A stretch of 43,735 nucleotides of DNA from Acidimicrobiia bacterium (GTDB taxonomy: Bacteria; Actinomycetota; Acidimicrobiia; IMCC26256; DASPTH01). Under the pieces are notes generated by a model. It did not search any database, was not told where the DNA came from, and saw nothing but the letters and a program-made list of their open reading frames with translations. Made by a program: the position numbers and the translations under genes. The DNA is taken from positions 1 to 43,735 of the forward strand of contig DASUAS010000334.1 in assembly GCA_035763625.1 (NCBI GenBank), in the 5' to 3' direction. How positions within the stretch are numbered: position 1 is the first letter of the stretch; each line of letters begins with the position of its first letter. This document shows positions 8,575 to 18,940 of this stretch, piece after piece.

Positions 8575-10353
8575 TCAGCGGTCGTAGAGCGCGGCGATCT
8601 CACGTGCGTACTTCTTCGCGATGCCCCGCCGCTTGAGCTTCATCGTGGGCGTGAGCTCCTCGGTGTCAGGCAACCACTCGTCGGGGAGCACCGTGAACTC
8701 GCGGATCGCCTCGGCGTGCGAGAAGCGCTCGTTCGCGGCCGCGACCTCGCGTTCGACCTCGGCCAGGACCACCGGATCGGCGGCCAGCGCGGCGAGCGTC
8801 GTCGCGCTCGCCCCGTGGCTCGCCGCCCACGCCGGCGCCACGTCGGGATCGAGCACCAGGAGGGCCGCCATGTAGGGCTCGCCGTCACCCACCACGCACG
8901 CCTGGCCGATCAGCGGCTGCGCCTTCAGCGCCGCTTCGAGGTTGGCGGGCGACACGTTCTTGCCGCCGGCGGTGATGACGAGCTCCTTCTTGCGGTCGAC
9001 GATGCGCAGGTAGCCCTCGGCGTCGAGCTCGCCGATGTCGCCGGTGTGGAGCCAGCCGTCGGCGTCGAGCGTCTCGGCGGTGCGTTCGGGCTCCTTCAGA
9101 TAGCCCCGGAACATGTTCTCTCCCCGGCAGATGACCTCGCCGTCGTCCGCCAGCCGCAGCTCCACGCCCGGGACCGCGCGGCCGACCGTGCCCGGCTTCA
9201 CCCGGACCGGGTCCCAGGTGATGGGACCGCACGACTCCGACATGCCGTAGAGCTCCGACAGCGGCACGCCCGCGCTGCGGAAGAACTGCAACACCTCGAC
9301 CGGGATCGGCGCCGCCGACGTCACCGCGACGCGCAGGTCGTCGAGACCCAGGAGCTGGCGCGCCGGGCGCAGCGAGTCGGCGTCGACCCGCGCGTACTCT
9401 GCGGCCAGCTCCACCGAGAGCTCCTCGCCGCGGGCGCGGTGCTCGGCGACGCGTGCCCCGATCGCGAGCGCCTCCGCGAACAGCTCGGCGCGTCCGGGAT
9501 CAGCCGCCAGCACCGCCTGAACCGCGCTGTGGATCTTCTCGTACGTGCGCGGCACGCCGAAGAGGATCTGCGGACGCGTCTCCGCGAGCAGCGCGCCGAG
9601 CAGTCGTATGTCGCGACACGTCGTCACCTCGTACGCGAACGCGATGCCTGCGTAGTAGGTGGTCATGCGCTCTGCGATGTGCGCCATCGGGAGGTACGAC
9701 ACGATGCGCGAGCGATCGGGCGCGAAGCCGAGCGCCTGGCGAAGGCTGTCGACGGTGAAGCAGATGTTGTGGTGGTCGAGCATCACGCCTTTCGGCTCGC
9801 CGGTGGTGCCCGACGTGTAGATGATCGTCGCGAGGTCGTGCGGCGCCGCGATCGCCGCTGCGGCCTCGAGCCCGACCGGCGCGGCCGACAGCAGTTCGTC
9901 CCACGACTCGATCCCGGGCTCGTCCACGGGTTCGACCGCGACGATCTGGCGCAGCGCCGGGAGGTCGGCGCGCACCTCGAGGACGCGCTCGAGGTACTGG
10001 GAGTCCTCGACGATCGCGACCGACGCGTCCGAGTGCCCGACCAGGTACGCGATCTGGTCGGGGGACGACGAGTTGTAGATGGAGATCGGCGTCGCGCCCA
10101 GCAGGAGCACGCCCAGGTCGGCGACGTGGAACTCGGGCCGGTTGCCGAGCAGCATCACGACCCGGTCGCCGGGACCGACGCCGAGCGCCCGCAGACCCGC
10201 GGCGACCCGGGTGGCCTGATCGGCGTAGTCGTCGTAGGTGAGGACGCGGACCTCGTCACCGATCTTCGCGCGCAGCGCGACCTCGCCACCCCGCTCGGCG
10301 ACGGTGCGCACGAAGAGGCCCGGAATCGTGTCGGGGGCTGCCACGGACGTCAC
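8575..10353 (-). CDS. fadD: long-chain fatty-acid--CoA ligase (AMP-forming)
   Basis: AMP-binding motifs IIYTSGTTGEPKGVML and TGDIGELDAEGYLRIVDRKKELVITAGGKNVSP. The start is set to GTG 10353 (VTSVAAPDTIPGLF), with GAGGTG about 10 nt upstream. The longer ORF N-terminus has no family resemblance. Confidence 0.85.
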   Translation of the reverse strand: MTSVAAPDTIPGLFVRTVAERGGEVALRAKIGDEVRVLTYDDYADQATRVAAGLRALGVGPGDRVVMLLGNRPEFHVADLGVLLLGATPISIYNSSSPDQIAYLVGHSDASVAIVEDSQYLERVLEVRADLPALRQIVAVEPVDEPGIESWDELLSAAPVGLEAAAAIAAPHDLATIIYTSGTTGEPKGVMLDHHNICFTVDSLRQALGFAPDRSRIVSYLPMAHIAERMTTYYAGIAFAYEVTTCRDIRLLGALLAETRPQILFGVPRTYEKIHSAVQAVLAADPGRAELFAEALAIGARVAEHRARGEELSVELAAEYARVDADSLRPARQLLGLDDLRVAVTSAAPIPVEVLQFFRSAGVPLSELYGMSESCGPITWDPVRVKPGTVGRAVPGVELRLADDGEVICRGENMFRGYLKEPERTAETLDADGWLHTGDIGELDAEGYLRIVDRKKELVITAGGKNVSPANLEAALKAQPLIGQACVVGDGEPYMAALLVLDPDVAPAWAASHGASATTLAALAADPVVLAEVEREVAAANERFSHAEAIREFTVLPDEWLPDTEELTPTMKLKRRGIAKKYAREIAALYDR

Positions 10354-10361
10354 GTTATCCA

Positions 10362-10373
10362 CACCTCGAGGTG
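10362..10373. promoter_or_regulatory. perfect 12-bp palindrome CACCTCGAGGTG overlapping the fadD SD
   Basis: Self-complementary as read from the sequence. It lies 9-20 nt upstream of the chosen fadD start. Confidence 0.3.
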
Positions 10374-10394
10374 GACAACTGCCGACCCCGGGTG

Positions 10395-10560
10395 GAAAAC
10401 CTCGTCGAGATGGGGAAGAATGGGTCGCAGTTCGTCCCGAGGAGATCGTTGGGGCGCCGCCAAGGGCGGGCTTCTCTACAACCGACTCCCCTCGGGACGA
10501 ACTCGCGCCCGGAATGGCGGATCCGACCGCGGACTCAACGCGAACGGCCTCACGGCCGAT
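10395..10560 (+). promoter_or_regulatory. structured 5' leader of the peptidoglycan hydrolase gene (possible ydaO-type c-di-AMP riboswitch)
   Basis: The intergenic region is 215 nt. A perfect 12-nt long-range pairing joins TTCGTCCCGAGG (10431-10442) and CCTCGGGACGAA (10490-10501). GGGG and CCGA elements are present, as is a 3' segment CCGACCGCGGACUCAACGCGAACGG loosely resembling the ydaO 3' consensus. Not verified by a covariance model. Confidence 0.3.
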
Positions 10561-10568
10561 AGAGGGGC

Positions 10569-11762
10569 ATGCTCCCGGCACGCGCGTTGGTCGCGGGTGC
10601 GCTGGTCAGCGTGTTCCTCGTCCCGGCCAGTGCCGCCGTCGCCCAGGAGTCGTCGACCACCACCTCGTCGTCGACCACCACCTCCATCCCCGCCACGACG
10701 ACGACCACCGCGCCGACCGCGCCGACGACTCCCAAACCCGATCCCGACGCGTTCGCGGCGCTGGCCAACCAGGTCAGTCAGAACCAGCAGCTGCTCACGC
10801 AGCTCAGCGCGCAGGTCGACGAGTCGACGCAGCGCCTGGCTGCGCTCGGCGTCGAGATCGACTCGACCCAGCAGAAGCTCGACGCGACGCGAGCCGAGAT
10901 GGAACGCATGCGGTCGATCATCCGCGAACGTGCCGCGTACATCTACCGGCACGCGGACACGCCGAACACCGCGGTCGCCGACGTCGAGCACGTCCAGGAC
11001 ATCAGCGCGGCGAAGAAGTACGCGGAGTCGGCGACGCAGACCGACACCGGCACGGTCGACGGGCTGCAGAAGGTGTCGGAGCAGCTCGACGCGCAGCGCA
11101 AGCAGCTCGAGGCGTCCCGCGCGGCAGAGCAGGCCGAGAAGGACCGGCTCGAGAACGCGAAGGACGCGCTCGAGGCGCTCACCGCGCGCCAGAAGAAGCT
11201 GCTCGACGAAGCGGGCGCGATCCCGGTGATGGGTGACGCCGAGTTGACCCCCGCCGAAGTCACCGCCTGGTTCGAGTCGCGCAACGTGAAGTACCGGCTC
11301 TCCGGCGGCATCTCGATCGGCGACCTCGTCCAGATCTACTTCGACGAGGGCAAAGCCGAGCACGTCCGGCCCGAGCTCGCCTTCGCGCAGTCGATCATCG
11401 AGACCGGATCGTTCGGCAACGCGATGGACAACAACTACTCGGGGATCGGAGCCTGCGACAGCTGCCAGGGGGAACCCGGGTTCCCGACCCCCCGGGACGG
11501 CGTGCGCGGTCAGATCCAGCTGCTGCGCAACTACGCCGATCCGACGTCACGGGCCGCGAACCTGGCCAATCCGCCGTCGCCGACGATCTACGGGACCGAC
11601 CCGGTGGCGGCCGCGAGCTCGTACGACACGTTCTTCGCGAAGGGTCGCGCCCCGACGTGGAACGTGATGGGCAACGGCAACTGGGCGACCGATCCCGGGT
11701 ACTCGCAGAAGGTGCTCACGGTGTACTTCCAGATGGTGAGCTTCGCCGCCAAGCACAGCTGA
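10569..11762 (+). CDS. secreted coiled-coil peptidoglycan hydrolase (glucosaminidase/FlgJ-like C-terminal domain)
   Basis: Signal peptide MLPARALVAGALVSVFLVPASAAVAQ, a Ser/Thr/Pro linker and a long coiled coil. The C-terminal region ELAFAQSIIETGSFGN...YSGIGA...GVRGQIQLLRNYAD resembles a glucosaminidase domain. Confidence 0.7.
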   Translation: MLPARALVAGALVSVFLVPASAAVAQESSTTTSSSTTTSIPATTTTTAPTAPTTPKPDPDAFAALANQVSQNQQLLTQLSAQVDESTQRLAALGVEIDSTQQKLDATRAEMERMRSIIRERAAYIYRHADTPNTAVADVEHVQDISAAKKYAESATQTDTGTVDGLQKVSEQLDAQRKQLEASRAAEQAEKDRLENAKDALEALTARQKKLLDEAGAIPVMGDAELTPAEVTAWFESRNVKYRLSGGISIGDLVQIYFDEGKAEHVRPELAFAQSIIETGSFGNAMDNNYSGIGACDSCQGEPGFPTPRDGVRGQIQLLRNYADPTSRAANLANPPSPTIYGTDPVAAASSYDTFFAKGRAPTWNVMGNGNWATDPGYSQKVLTVYFQMVSFAAKHS

Positions 11763-11784
11763 CGCGCGTCGTAGCATCCGCCCG

Positions 11785-13428
11785 ATGCTGGAGTGGGTCC
11801 GCGGTTACCAGCGCGACGATCTGGTACCCGACGTCGTCGCCGGCATCACCGGAGCGACGATCCTCGTGCCTCAGTCGATGGCCTACGCGAGCATCGCGGG
11901 CCTGCCCCCGGTCGTCGGCCTGTACGCGTCGGTCGTACCGGTGCTCGCGTACGCGCTCTTCGGACGGTCACGCCAGCTGAGCGTCGGGCCGCTCGCGACG
12001 ATCTCGATCATCGGCGCGGTCGCGCTGGCGAAGCTCGCCCCCGCGGGGTCGTCCCGTTACGTGACGTATGCGGCGACGCTCGCGCTGCTGGTGGGCGCGA
12101 TCCACCTCGCGCTCGGACTCGGTCGGCTCGGTTTCCTGATGCGCTTCTTGTCCGAGCCGCTGATGGCCGGATTCATCTCCGCGGTCGGGGTGATCATCAT
12201 CACCACCCAGCTCGGACCGCTGTTCGGCTTCTCCGTGCCGCAGGAGTCGCTCGCCTACGAGACCGTGTACCAGTGGGCGAAGCGCCTCGACCAGGTCGAC
12301 TGGAGCACCCTCGCGATCGGGCTGGCCACCATCGTGATCCTCCTGGTGGCGCGGCGCCGGCCGCGCCTCCCCACCGCGCTGGCGTTGGTGATCGCAGGAT
12401 CGCTGGCGGTGCTCGCGTTCGGGCTCCAGGACGAGGGCATCGCGGTCGTCGGACACGTTCCGAGCGGCCTCGCGGGTCCGGCGGTGCCGCCCCTCGACTG
12501 GGACGTGGTGCGGACGCTGCTGCCGGCCGCGTTCGCGATCACGTTCGTGGGCTTCCTCGAGTCGATCACGCTCACCCGCGAGTACGCCCGCAAGCACCAC
12601 TACGACGTGACCACCGACGGTGAGCTCGTGGCGCTGGGGGTCGCGAACGCGTCGGCCGGGCTCTTCCAGGGGATGATCGTCACCGGCGCGGTCACGCGAT
12701 CGTCGATCGTCGACGCCGCCGGGGCGCGCACGCAGCTCTCCGGGGTGGTGACCGCGCTCGTGGTGGCCCCCCTCCTGATCTTCGTGCCCGAGGCGTTCTC
12801 GGACATCCCAATCGCAGTGCTCGCGGGAATCGTGATCGCCGCCGTCATCGGGTTCGTCAAGGTGACCGAAGCGCGTCGCTTGTGGCGGGTGAAGCGCAGT
12901 GACTTCTGGATCATGATGCTGGCGTTCGTGTCGACGGTCGGGCTGGGGCTCGAGTTCGGCGTGCTGCTCACGACCGTCGCCTCGCTCGTCCTCATCATCT
13001 ACCGGGTGACGCAACCGCGCATCCCCGAGCTCGGCCGTCTGCCCGGCACCGACGCGTTCGTCGAGCTCTCCCGCCATCCGGCGGCGGAGACCTTCCCGGG
13101 TTCGGTGATCATCCGTCCCGAGTCGCCGCTCGTGTACACGAGCGCGGAGTCGATCGAGCACCGGCTGGAAGCGCTCGGCCCCGACGTGCACACCGTCGTG
13201 CTCGACGCCTCCGGGGTCAACGACGTCGACGCCACCGGCGACCACGCCCTGCGGTTGGTCGCGCAGCGGCTCCACGAGCGTGGCGTTCGCCTCCTGCTCG
13301 TCAACGTGCACGACGACGTGCGCGACGTGCTCGACGCCTCCGGGCTCAGCGCGATCCTCGGCGACGACTGCTACTTCGCCAGCGACGAGGACGCGGTCGC
13401 GCACCTCGAAGGAAGGGCCGATCCCTGA
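11785..13428 (+). CDS. SulP-family anion transporter with C-terminal STAS domain
   Basis: 547 aa. DVVAGITGATILVPQSMAYASIAGLPPVVGLY is the SulP signature region. It is multi-TM and ends in a STAS domain (VVLDASGVNDVDATGDHAL). Confidence 0.88.
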   Translation: MLEWVRGYQRDDLVPDVVAGITGATILVPQSMAYASIAGLPPVVGLYASVVPVLAYALFGRSRQLSVGPLATISIIGAVALAKLAPAGSSRYVTYAATLALLVGAIHLALGLGRLGFLMRFLSEPLMAGFISAVGVIIITTQLGPLFGFSVPQESLAYETVYQWAKRLDQVDWSTLAIGLATIVILLVARRRPRLPTALALVIAGSLAVLAFGLQDEGIAVVGHVPSGLAGPAVPPLDWDVVRTLLPAAFAITFVGFLESITLTREYARKHHYDVTTDGELVALGVANASAGLFQGMIVTGAVTRSSIVDAAGARTQLSGVVTALVVAPLLIFVPEAFSDIPIAVLAGIVIAAVIGFVKVTEARRLWRVKRSDFWIMMLAFVSTVGLGLEFGVLLTTVASLVLIIYRVTQPRIPELGRLPGTDAFVELSRHPAAETFPGSVIIRPESPLVYTSAESIEHRLEALGPDVHTVVLDASGVNDVDATGDHALRLVAQRLHERGVRLLLVNVHDDVRDVLDASGLSAILGDDCYFASDEDAVAHLEGRADP

Positions 13429-13475
13429 TTCATTGCGGGATGGACGACGCTGGAGGTGTTCAACTCCTCAATGAA
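13429..13475. terminator. nested hairpin in an unusually AT-rich convergent intergenic region
   Basis: The outer arms TTCATTG (13429-13435) and CAATGAA (13469-13475) enclose an inner GGAG...CTCC pairing. It lies between the stops of SulP (13428) and the metallophosphoesterase (13478). There is no clear U-tract. Confidence 0.35.
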
Positions 13476-13477
13476 CC

Positions 13478-14578
13478 TCAGAAGGCCTGGGTGAAGCAGC
13501 GGTCGGCGATGGTGCCGAGTACGAGATCGCGGTAGATCCCCTGGATCATGTGCCGGCCGCGCTCCGACCACGCCCGGGCGGCGGGCGCGGTGACCCGGCG
13601 CATCACCTGCGTGTAGCCGCCCTCGTGGACGCGGTACTCGGCCCATGCGCCGGGGTAGTCCTTGGTGCACGCGACCTCGACGCAGGGCACGTCGCGTCCA
13701 GCGGGCTCGCGCACGACGTGGTTGGTGTGGGTGTGGCCGGCGAGGTACCCGACGATGTTCTCCCGGCGAGCGAAGACCGCGAGCAGCGCGTCGTGGTCGG
13801 CCGTCGGCAAGCCGTACCTCGGGTCCGGATTGAGGGGAGGGTGGTGCGCGAACACGAGCACGGCATCGGACGTGGCGGCTGCGAGGTCGTCGAGCCAGCC
13901 ACGCTGCTCGGCGTCGAGCCTCCCTCCGACGTGTCCGGGCGCGGTGGTGTCGAGCACCGCCAACGTCACGCCGCCGAGCGCGAGCGCGTAGGGCGCGCCC
14001 TCCCGGGCGAGCTCGGGATCGCGCATGGCGTCGTGGTTGCCGCGCACGTGGTGCATGCGCGCACCGAGGCGGCCGTAGCACGCGAGGAACGCCTCGTACT
14101 CCTCGGGCCGGCCGGTGTCGGTGAGGTCGCCCTTCACCACGACGACGTCGGGACCGAGCGTGAGCATCTCGTCGACCACGGCGCCGTTCATGACCTCGGG
14201 GTAGGGCGGCTCGCCCGGCTCGCGGCGCAGGATCGGTCCGATCGCGTCGGTCGCCGGATCGCCGGTCTTCCCGCACTCGGTCTCGCCGAAGTGCACGTCG
14301 TTCGCGGTCGCGATGGTGGCGAGCAAGCGACCCGCGGGTCGCGCCAGCGTGCGGACACGCGCCGGAAGCCATCGCCCGTCAGGAACCGCGCCCTCCACCT
14401 CGAGTGGGTACTCGGTGTCGGGGTCGAGGCCGGTGACGCGCGCGTCGTGGAACGGTCCTTCGGTGGTGACCTCGTGGGCTCCGACGAGCGTGGTGACGCG
14501 CTCCCCGGGCGCGCTCGTGAAGGTCACCACCACTTCGTCGGGCCCCACGCTCATGAGCTCGGCGTGGGCGACGGTCAC
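13478..14578 (-). CDS. metallophosphoesterase with N-terminal purple-acid-phosphatase-like domain
   Basis: 366 aa. Calcineurin-like motifs are present: ANDVHFGE, VVKGDLTDTG, VRGNHD, FAHHPP, GHTHTNH. GTG start at 14578. Confidence 0.8.
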   Translation of the reverse strand: MTVAHAELMSVGPDEVVVTFTSAPGERVTTLVGAHEVTTEGPFHDARVTGLDPDTEYPLEVEGAVPDGRWLPARVRTLARPAGRLLATIATANDVHFGETECGKTGDPATDAIGPILRREPGEPPYPEVMNGAVVDEMLTLGPDVVVVKGDLTDTGRPEEYEAFLACYGRLGARMHHVRGNHDAMRDPELAREGAPYALALGGVTLAVLDTTAPGHVGGRLDAEQRGWLDDLAAATSDAVLVFAHHPPLNPDPRYGLPTADHDALLAVFARRENIVGYLAGHTHTNHVVREPAGRDVPCVEVACTKDYPGAWAEYRVHEGGYTQVMRRVTAPAARAWSERGRHMIQGIYRDLVLGTIADRCFTQAF

Positions 14579-14607
14579 TGCGACGACCGGTCAGGCGCGA
14601 GCGCGCG

Positions 14608-14843
14608 TCAGGCTCGGCTGCGTCGGGTGATCCGCCCCGAGAGGCGCCATGGGCCTCGCTGGAAGCCGGCCCGGTGCGAGCGGAGGCGGGCCGCGTGCAC
14701 CCACTCGTGGAGCTCGTCGACGTGCTGCTCCGCCACCGCCGGTCCCGGCAGGGATGCCGCGACCGCGGCGAGGATCGCCGCCACCTCCTCGGGGGTGGCG
14801 TCCGGGGAGATCGAGCGCAGGCGCGGCGTGGTGGCGGCGCCGC

Positions 14844-14847
<4 letters not shown>
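14608..14847 (-). CDS. pccE: acyl-CoA carboxylase epsilon subunit
   Basis: 79 aa, [33 protein letters not shown]..., which fits the ACC-epsilon pattern. The GTG start overlaps the pccB stop (GTGA at 14844-14847). In the ORF track it is hidden inside the longer out-of-context ORF 14608..15465. Confidence 0.7.
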
Positions 14848-16427
<1,580 letters not shown>

Positions 16428-16450
16428 AGGCGGTCGAGACTACCGGCGCG

Positions 16451-16481
16451 GCACGGCCCCGCCGTAGTGGCGGGGCCGTGC
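16451..16481 (-). terminator. 13-bp perfect GC-rich hairpin downstream of hsp20
   Basis: GCACGGCCCCGCC, loop GTAGT, GGCGGGGCCGTGC. It lies 31 nt after the hsp20 stop and upstream of pccB. No U-tract is present, which is common in high-GC actinobacteria. Confidence 0.5.
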
Positions 16482-16511
16482 GGGCCACCGATCGATCGGA
16501 CGGTGGGGCGG

Positions 16512-16955
16512 TCAGTTCTGCGCGGCCTCCAACGGGCTGGCCTCGACCGCCTCGGGCGCCCCGACGTGGATCTCGACCTTGCGCGGCTTCGCCTGCTCGG
16601 CGACGGGGACCGTCACCGTGAGCACGCCGGCGTCGTACGAGGCGTCGAGCCGGCTGCCATCGAGCGACTCGCCGAGGGTGACGCGGCGGGTGACCGAGCC
16701 CTGCGGGCGCTCGCGTACGAGCACGTCGGTGCCCTCGGCCGGCGCCCACGTGCGCTCGGCGCTCACGCTGAGGACGTTGCGCTCGACCTCGACGTCGATC
16801 GACTCGGGCGCGACGCCGGGCAGGTCGAAGCGGAGCTCGACGTGCTGGTCGTGGCGCACCGCGTCCATCGGCATGGCGGAGCGGCGTTCGACGGCTCGGT
16901 CGAAGCTGCGGAACGAGCGGTCGAAGGTGCGGAAGGGGTCGTAGCGGACGAGCAT
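16512..16955 (-). CDS. Hsp20/alpha-crystallin small heat-shock protein
   Basis: The start is set to ATG 16955 (MLVRYDPFRTFDR), with GGAGG 7 nt upstream. The alpha-crystallin core reads VELRFDLPGV...DASYDAGVLTVTVP. Confidence 0.88.
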   Translation of the reverse strand: MLVRYDPFRTFDRSFRSFDRAVERRSAMPMDAVRHDQHVELRFDLPGVAPESIDVEVERNVLSVSAERTWAPAEGTDVLVRERPQGSVTRRVTLGESLDGSRLDASYDAGVLTVTVPVAEQAKPRKVEIHVGAPEAVEASPLEAAQN

Positions 16956-16980
16956 GGGGAACCTCCGGGATCGTTGAGTC

Positions 16981-17007
16981 GTGCGAATGGGATGGTGGAA
17001 TTCGCAC
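16981..17007. promoter_or_regulatory. inverted repeat GTGCGAAT-N11-ATTCGCAC upstream of hsp20
   Basis: Perfect 8-bp arms located 26-52 nt upstream of the hsp20 ATG. Confidence 0.3.
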
Positions 17008-17044
17008 AACCGACGGGGCGTCCCGGGCTATTCCTGCATTGTCA

Positions 17045-17073
17045 GAAAACTTGAGTGCGACGCGCGCAACTCA
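17045..17073 (-). terminator. intrinsic terminator of ccr-mce
   Basis: The minus-strand RNA UGAGUUGCGCGCGUCGCACUCA forms an 8-bp stem with one bulge and is followed by AGUUUUCU. The hairpin begins at the mce stop codon. Confidence 0.55.
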
Positions 17074-17469
17074 CTCTTGGACCAGCTCCACCAACGTGCC
17101 GAAGGCTCCCTTGGGGTGGACGAAGGCGACGGTCGTGCCGCGGCTGCCCGGTCGGGGCGCCTCGTCGATGAGACGACCGCCCTCGGCGCGCACCCGCTCC
17201 AGCGCGGCCGCGCAGTCGGCGACCCGATAGCCCACGTGGTGGAGACCCTCCCCCTTGCTGGCCAGGTACTTCGCCACGGTCGAGTCGTCGCGCACCGGTG
17301 TGAGCAGCTGCACGTAGGAGTCGGCGACCTTCAGCAGCGCCTCCTCCACCCCGTCGCGCTCGACGACCTCGCGGTGCGCCACCTCCACGCCGTAGGCGTT
17401 GCGGTAGTACTCGATCGCGGCGTCGAGGTCGTTGACGGCGATGGCGACGTGGTCGATCTCGGTGAGCAT
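17071..17469 (-). CDS. mce: methylmalonyl-CoA / ethylmalonyl-CoA epimerase (VOC family)
   Basis: 132 aa. IDHVAIAVNDLDAAIEYY...GLHHVGYRV...VAFVHPK follows the glyoxalase-fold epimerase pattern. It lies 118 nt downstream of ccr. Confidence 0.82.
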   Translation of the reverse strand: MLTEIDHVAIAVNDLDAAIEYYRNAYGVEVAHREVVERDGVEEALLKVADSYVQLLTPVRDDSTVAKYLASKGEGLHHVGYRVADCAAALERVRAEGGRLIDEAPRPGSRGTTVAFVHPKGAFGTLVELVQE

Positions 17470-17587
17470 GGAGCCACCTTACCGACGAGGCGACTTCGAC
17501 CGGCCGGGCGGTTCGTGGAACACGTCCGGATGCATCCCGACCCTCACCTCGATGCTCGAGCGGGAGCCGCGGGCCCTCGGGACTGAG

Positions 17588-18937
17588 CTAACGACGGAAC
17601 CGCGTGATGGCGTCGACGTGCTGCGCGCGCAACTCGGGATCGGTGACGCCGAGCCCTTCGTCGGGTGCGAGCACGAGCACGCCGAGCTTGCCTTCGTGCT
17701 GGTTGCGGTGCACCTGCAGGACCGCCTCGGCGACGTGGTCGAAGGTGAACACCGCGGACAGCACCGGGTGGATGCGGCCCTCGCCGATGAGGCGGTTGGC
17801 CTCCCACGCCTCGCGGTAGTTGGCGAAGTGGCAGCCCTTGAGCGTCTTCTGGTGCATCCAGAGGTAACGGTTGTCGTACTCGACCATGAAGCCGGTGGTG
17901 GCCGCGCACGTGACGATGGTGCCGCCGCGTGTGCAGACGAACACCGACGCGCCCATCGTGGAACGACCCGGGTGCTCGAACACGATGTCGGGGTCGGTGC
18001 CGACCAGCTCCCGGATGCGCTGACCGAGACGCCGCCACTCCGCGGGATCCTGGGTCTGGTCATCGCTCCAGAACCGATACTCCTCGGCGGCGCGGTCGAT
18101 CACGTGCTCGACGCCCATCGCCCGCACCAGATCGGCGCGCGGCGAGCTCGACACCACCGCGACGGGGATGCCGCCGCCGTTGAGCACGTACTGGCACGCG
18201 TACGCGCCGATGCCGCCGCTCGCGCCCCAGATGAGCACGGTCTGCCCTTGCCTCATCTGCGCGCCGTTGGGGCTCACCAACATGCGGTAGCTGGTGGAGT
18301 TCGTCAGCGCGTTGACCGCGGCCTCTTCCCACGTGAGGTGCGCGGGCTTGGGCATGAGCTGGTTGGCCTTCACCAGGGTGAGCTCGCCGAGGCCGCCGTA
18401 ATTCGTCTCGTACCCCCAGATGCGCTGGTTGGTCGCGAGCATCGAGTCGTCGTGCGCACTCGGATCCTGGTCGTCGACGTGGTTGCAGTGCACCGTCACC
18501 GCGTCGCCCGGCCGCCACGACCGCACCGCGGATCCGACGCGCAGCACCACCCCGGCAGCGTCGCTGCCGACCACGTGGAAGGGCTGGTCGTGGCGCGCAC
18601 CCCACACGCTCTCCCGGCCGAGGCGCCGAAGGAACGCGAAGGTGGGGACCGGCTCGAAGATGGACGTCCACACCGTGTTGAAGTTCACCGACGACGCCAT
18701 CACCGCGACCAGGGCCTCGTCGGGCGCGAGCTCGGGCAACGGCACCTCGTCGAGGTGCAGTGACTTCCGCGGGTCCTTCTCCGCCGACGGCACCCCCGCG
18801 AACATCTCCTGCTCGTCGGCCCGCACCACCGCACCGCGGTACGAACCGGGAAGCGGAAGGGCGGCGAGGTCGTCGCCTGGCGCTCCCGCGAGGATCGCGT
18901 CGCGGATCGAGCCGATCTCTCCGCCAGGACCGCTCAT
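17588..18937 (-). CDS. ccr: crotonyl-CoA carboxylase/reductase
   Basis: ALPLPGSYRGAVVRADEQEMFAG...NFNTVWTSIFEP...GYETNYGGLGELTLV...HEGKLGVLVLAPDEGLGV are characteristic Ccr motifs. The start is set to ATG 18937 (MSGPGGEIGSIRDAILAG). ATG 18955 and the ORF start at 19030 are alternatives, but 19030 would overlap the thiolase gene. Confidence 0.85.
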   Translation of the reverse strand: MSGPGGEIGSIRDAILAGAPGDDLAALPLPGSYRGAVVRADEQEMFAGVPSAEKDPRKSLHLDEVPLPELAPDEALVAVMASSVNFNTVWTSIFEPVPTFAFLRRLGRESVWGARHDQPFHVVGSDAAGVVLRVGSAVRSWRPGDAVTVHCNHVDDQDPSAHDDSMLATNQRIWGYETNYGGLGELTLVKANQLMPKPAHLTWEEAAVNALTNSTSYRMLVSPNGAQMRQGQTVLIWGASGGIGAYACQYVLNGGGIPVAVVSSSPRADLVRAMGVEHVIDRAAEEYRFWSDDQTQDPAEWRRLGQRIRELVGTDPDIVFEHPGRSTMGASVFVCTRGGTIVTCAATTGFMVEYDNRYLWMHQKTLKGCHFANYREAWEANRLIGEGRIHPVLSAVFTFDHVAEAVLQVHRNQHEGKLGVLVLAPDEGLGVTDPELRAQHVDAITRFRR

Positions 18938-18940
18938 GGC

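Noticed and set aside
17051-17073. TTGAGT...ACTCA inverted repeat, considered as a HAIR (HspR) operator for hsp20.
   Set aside because: The spacer is 12 nt rather than the 7 nt of the HAIR consensus. The element starts at the mce stop codon and is followed by UUUU on the minus strand, so an intrinsic terminator for ccr-mce explains it better.
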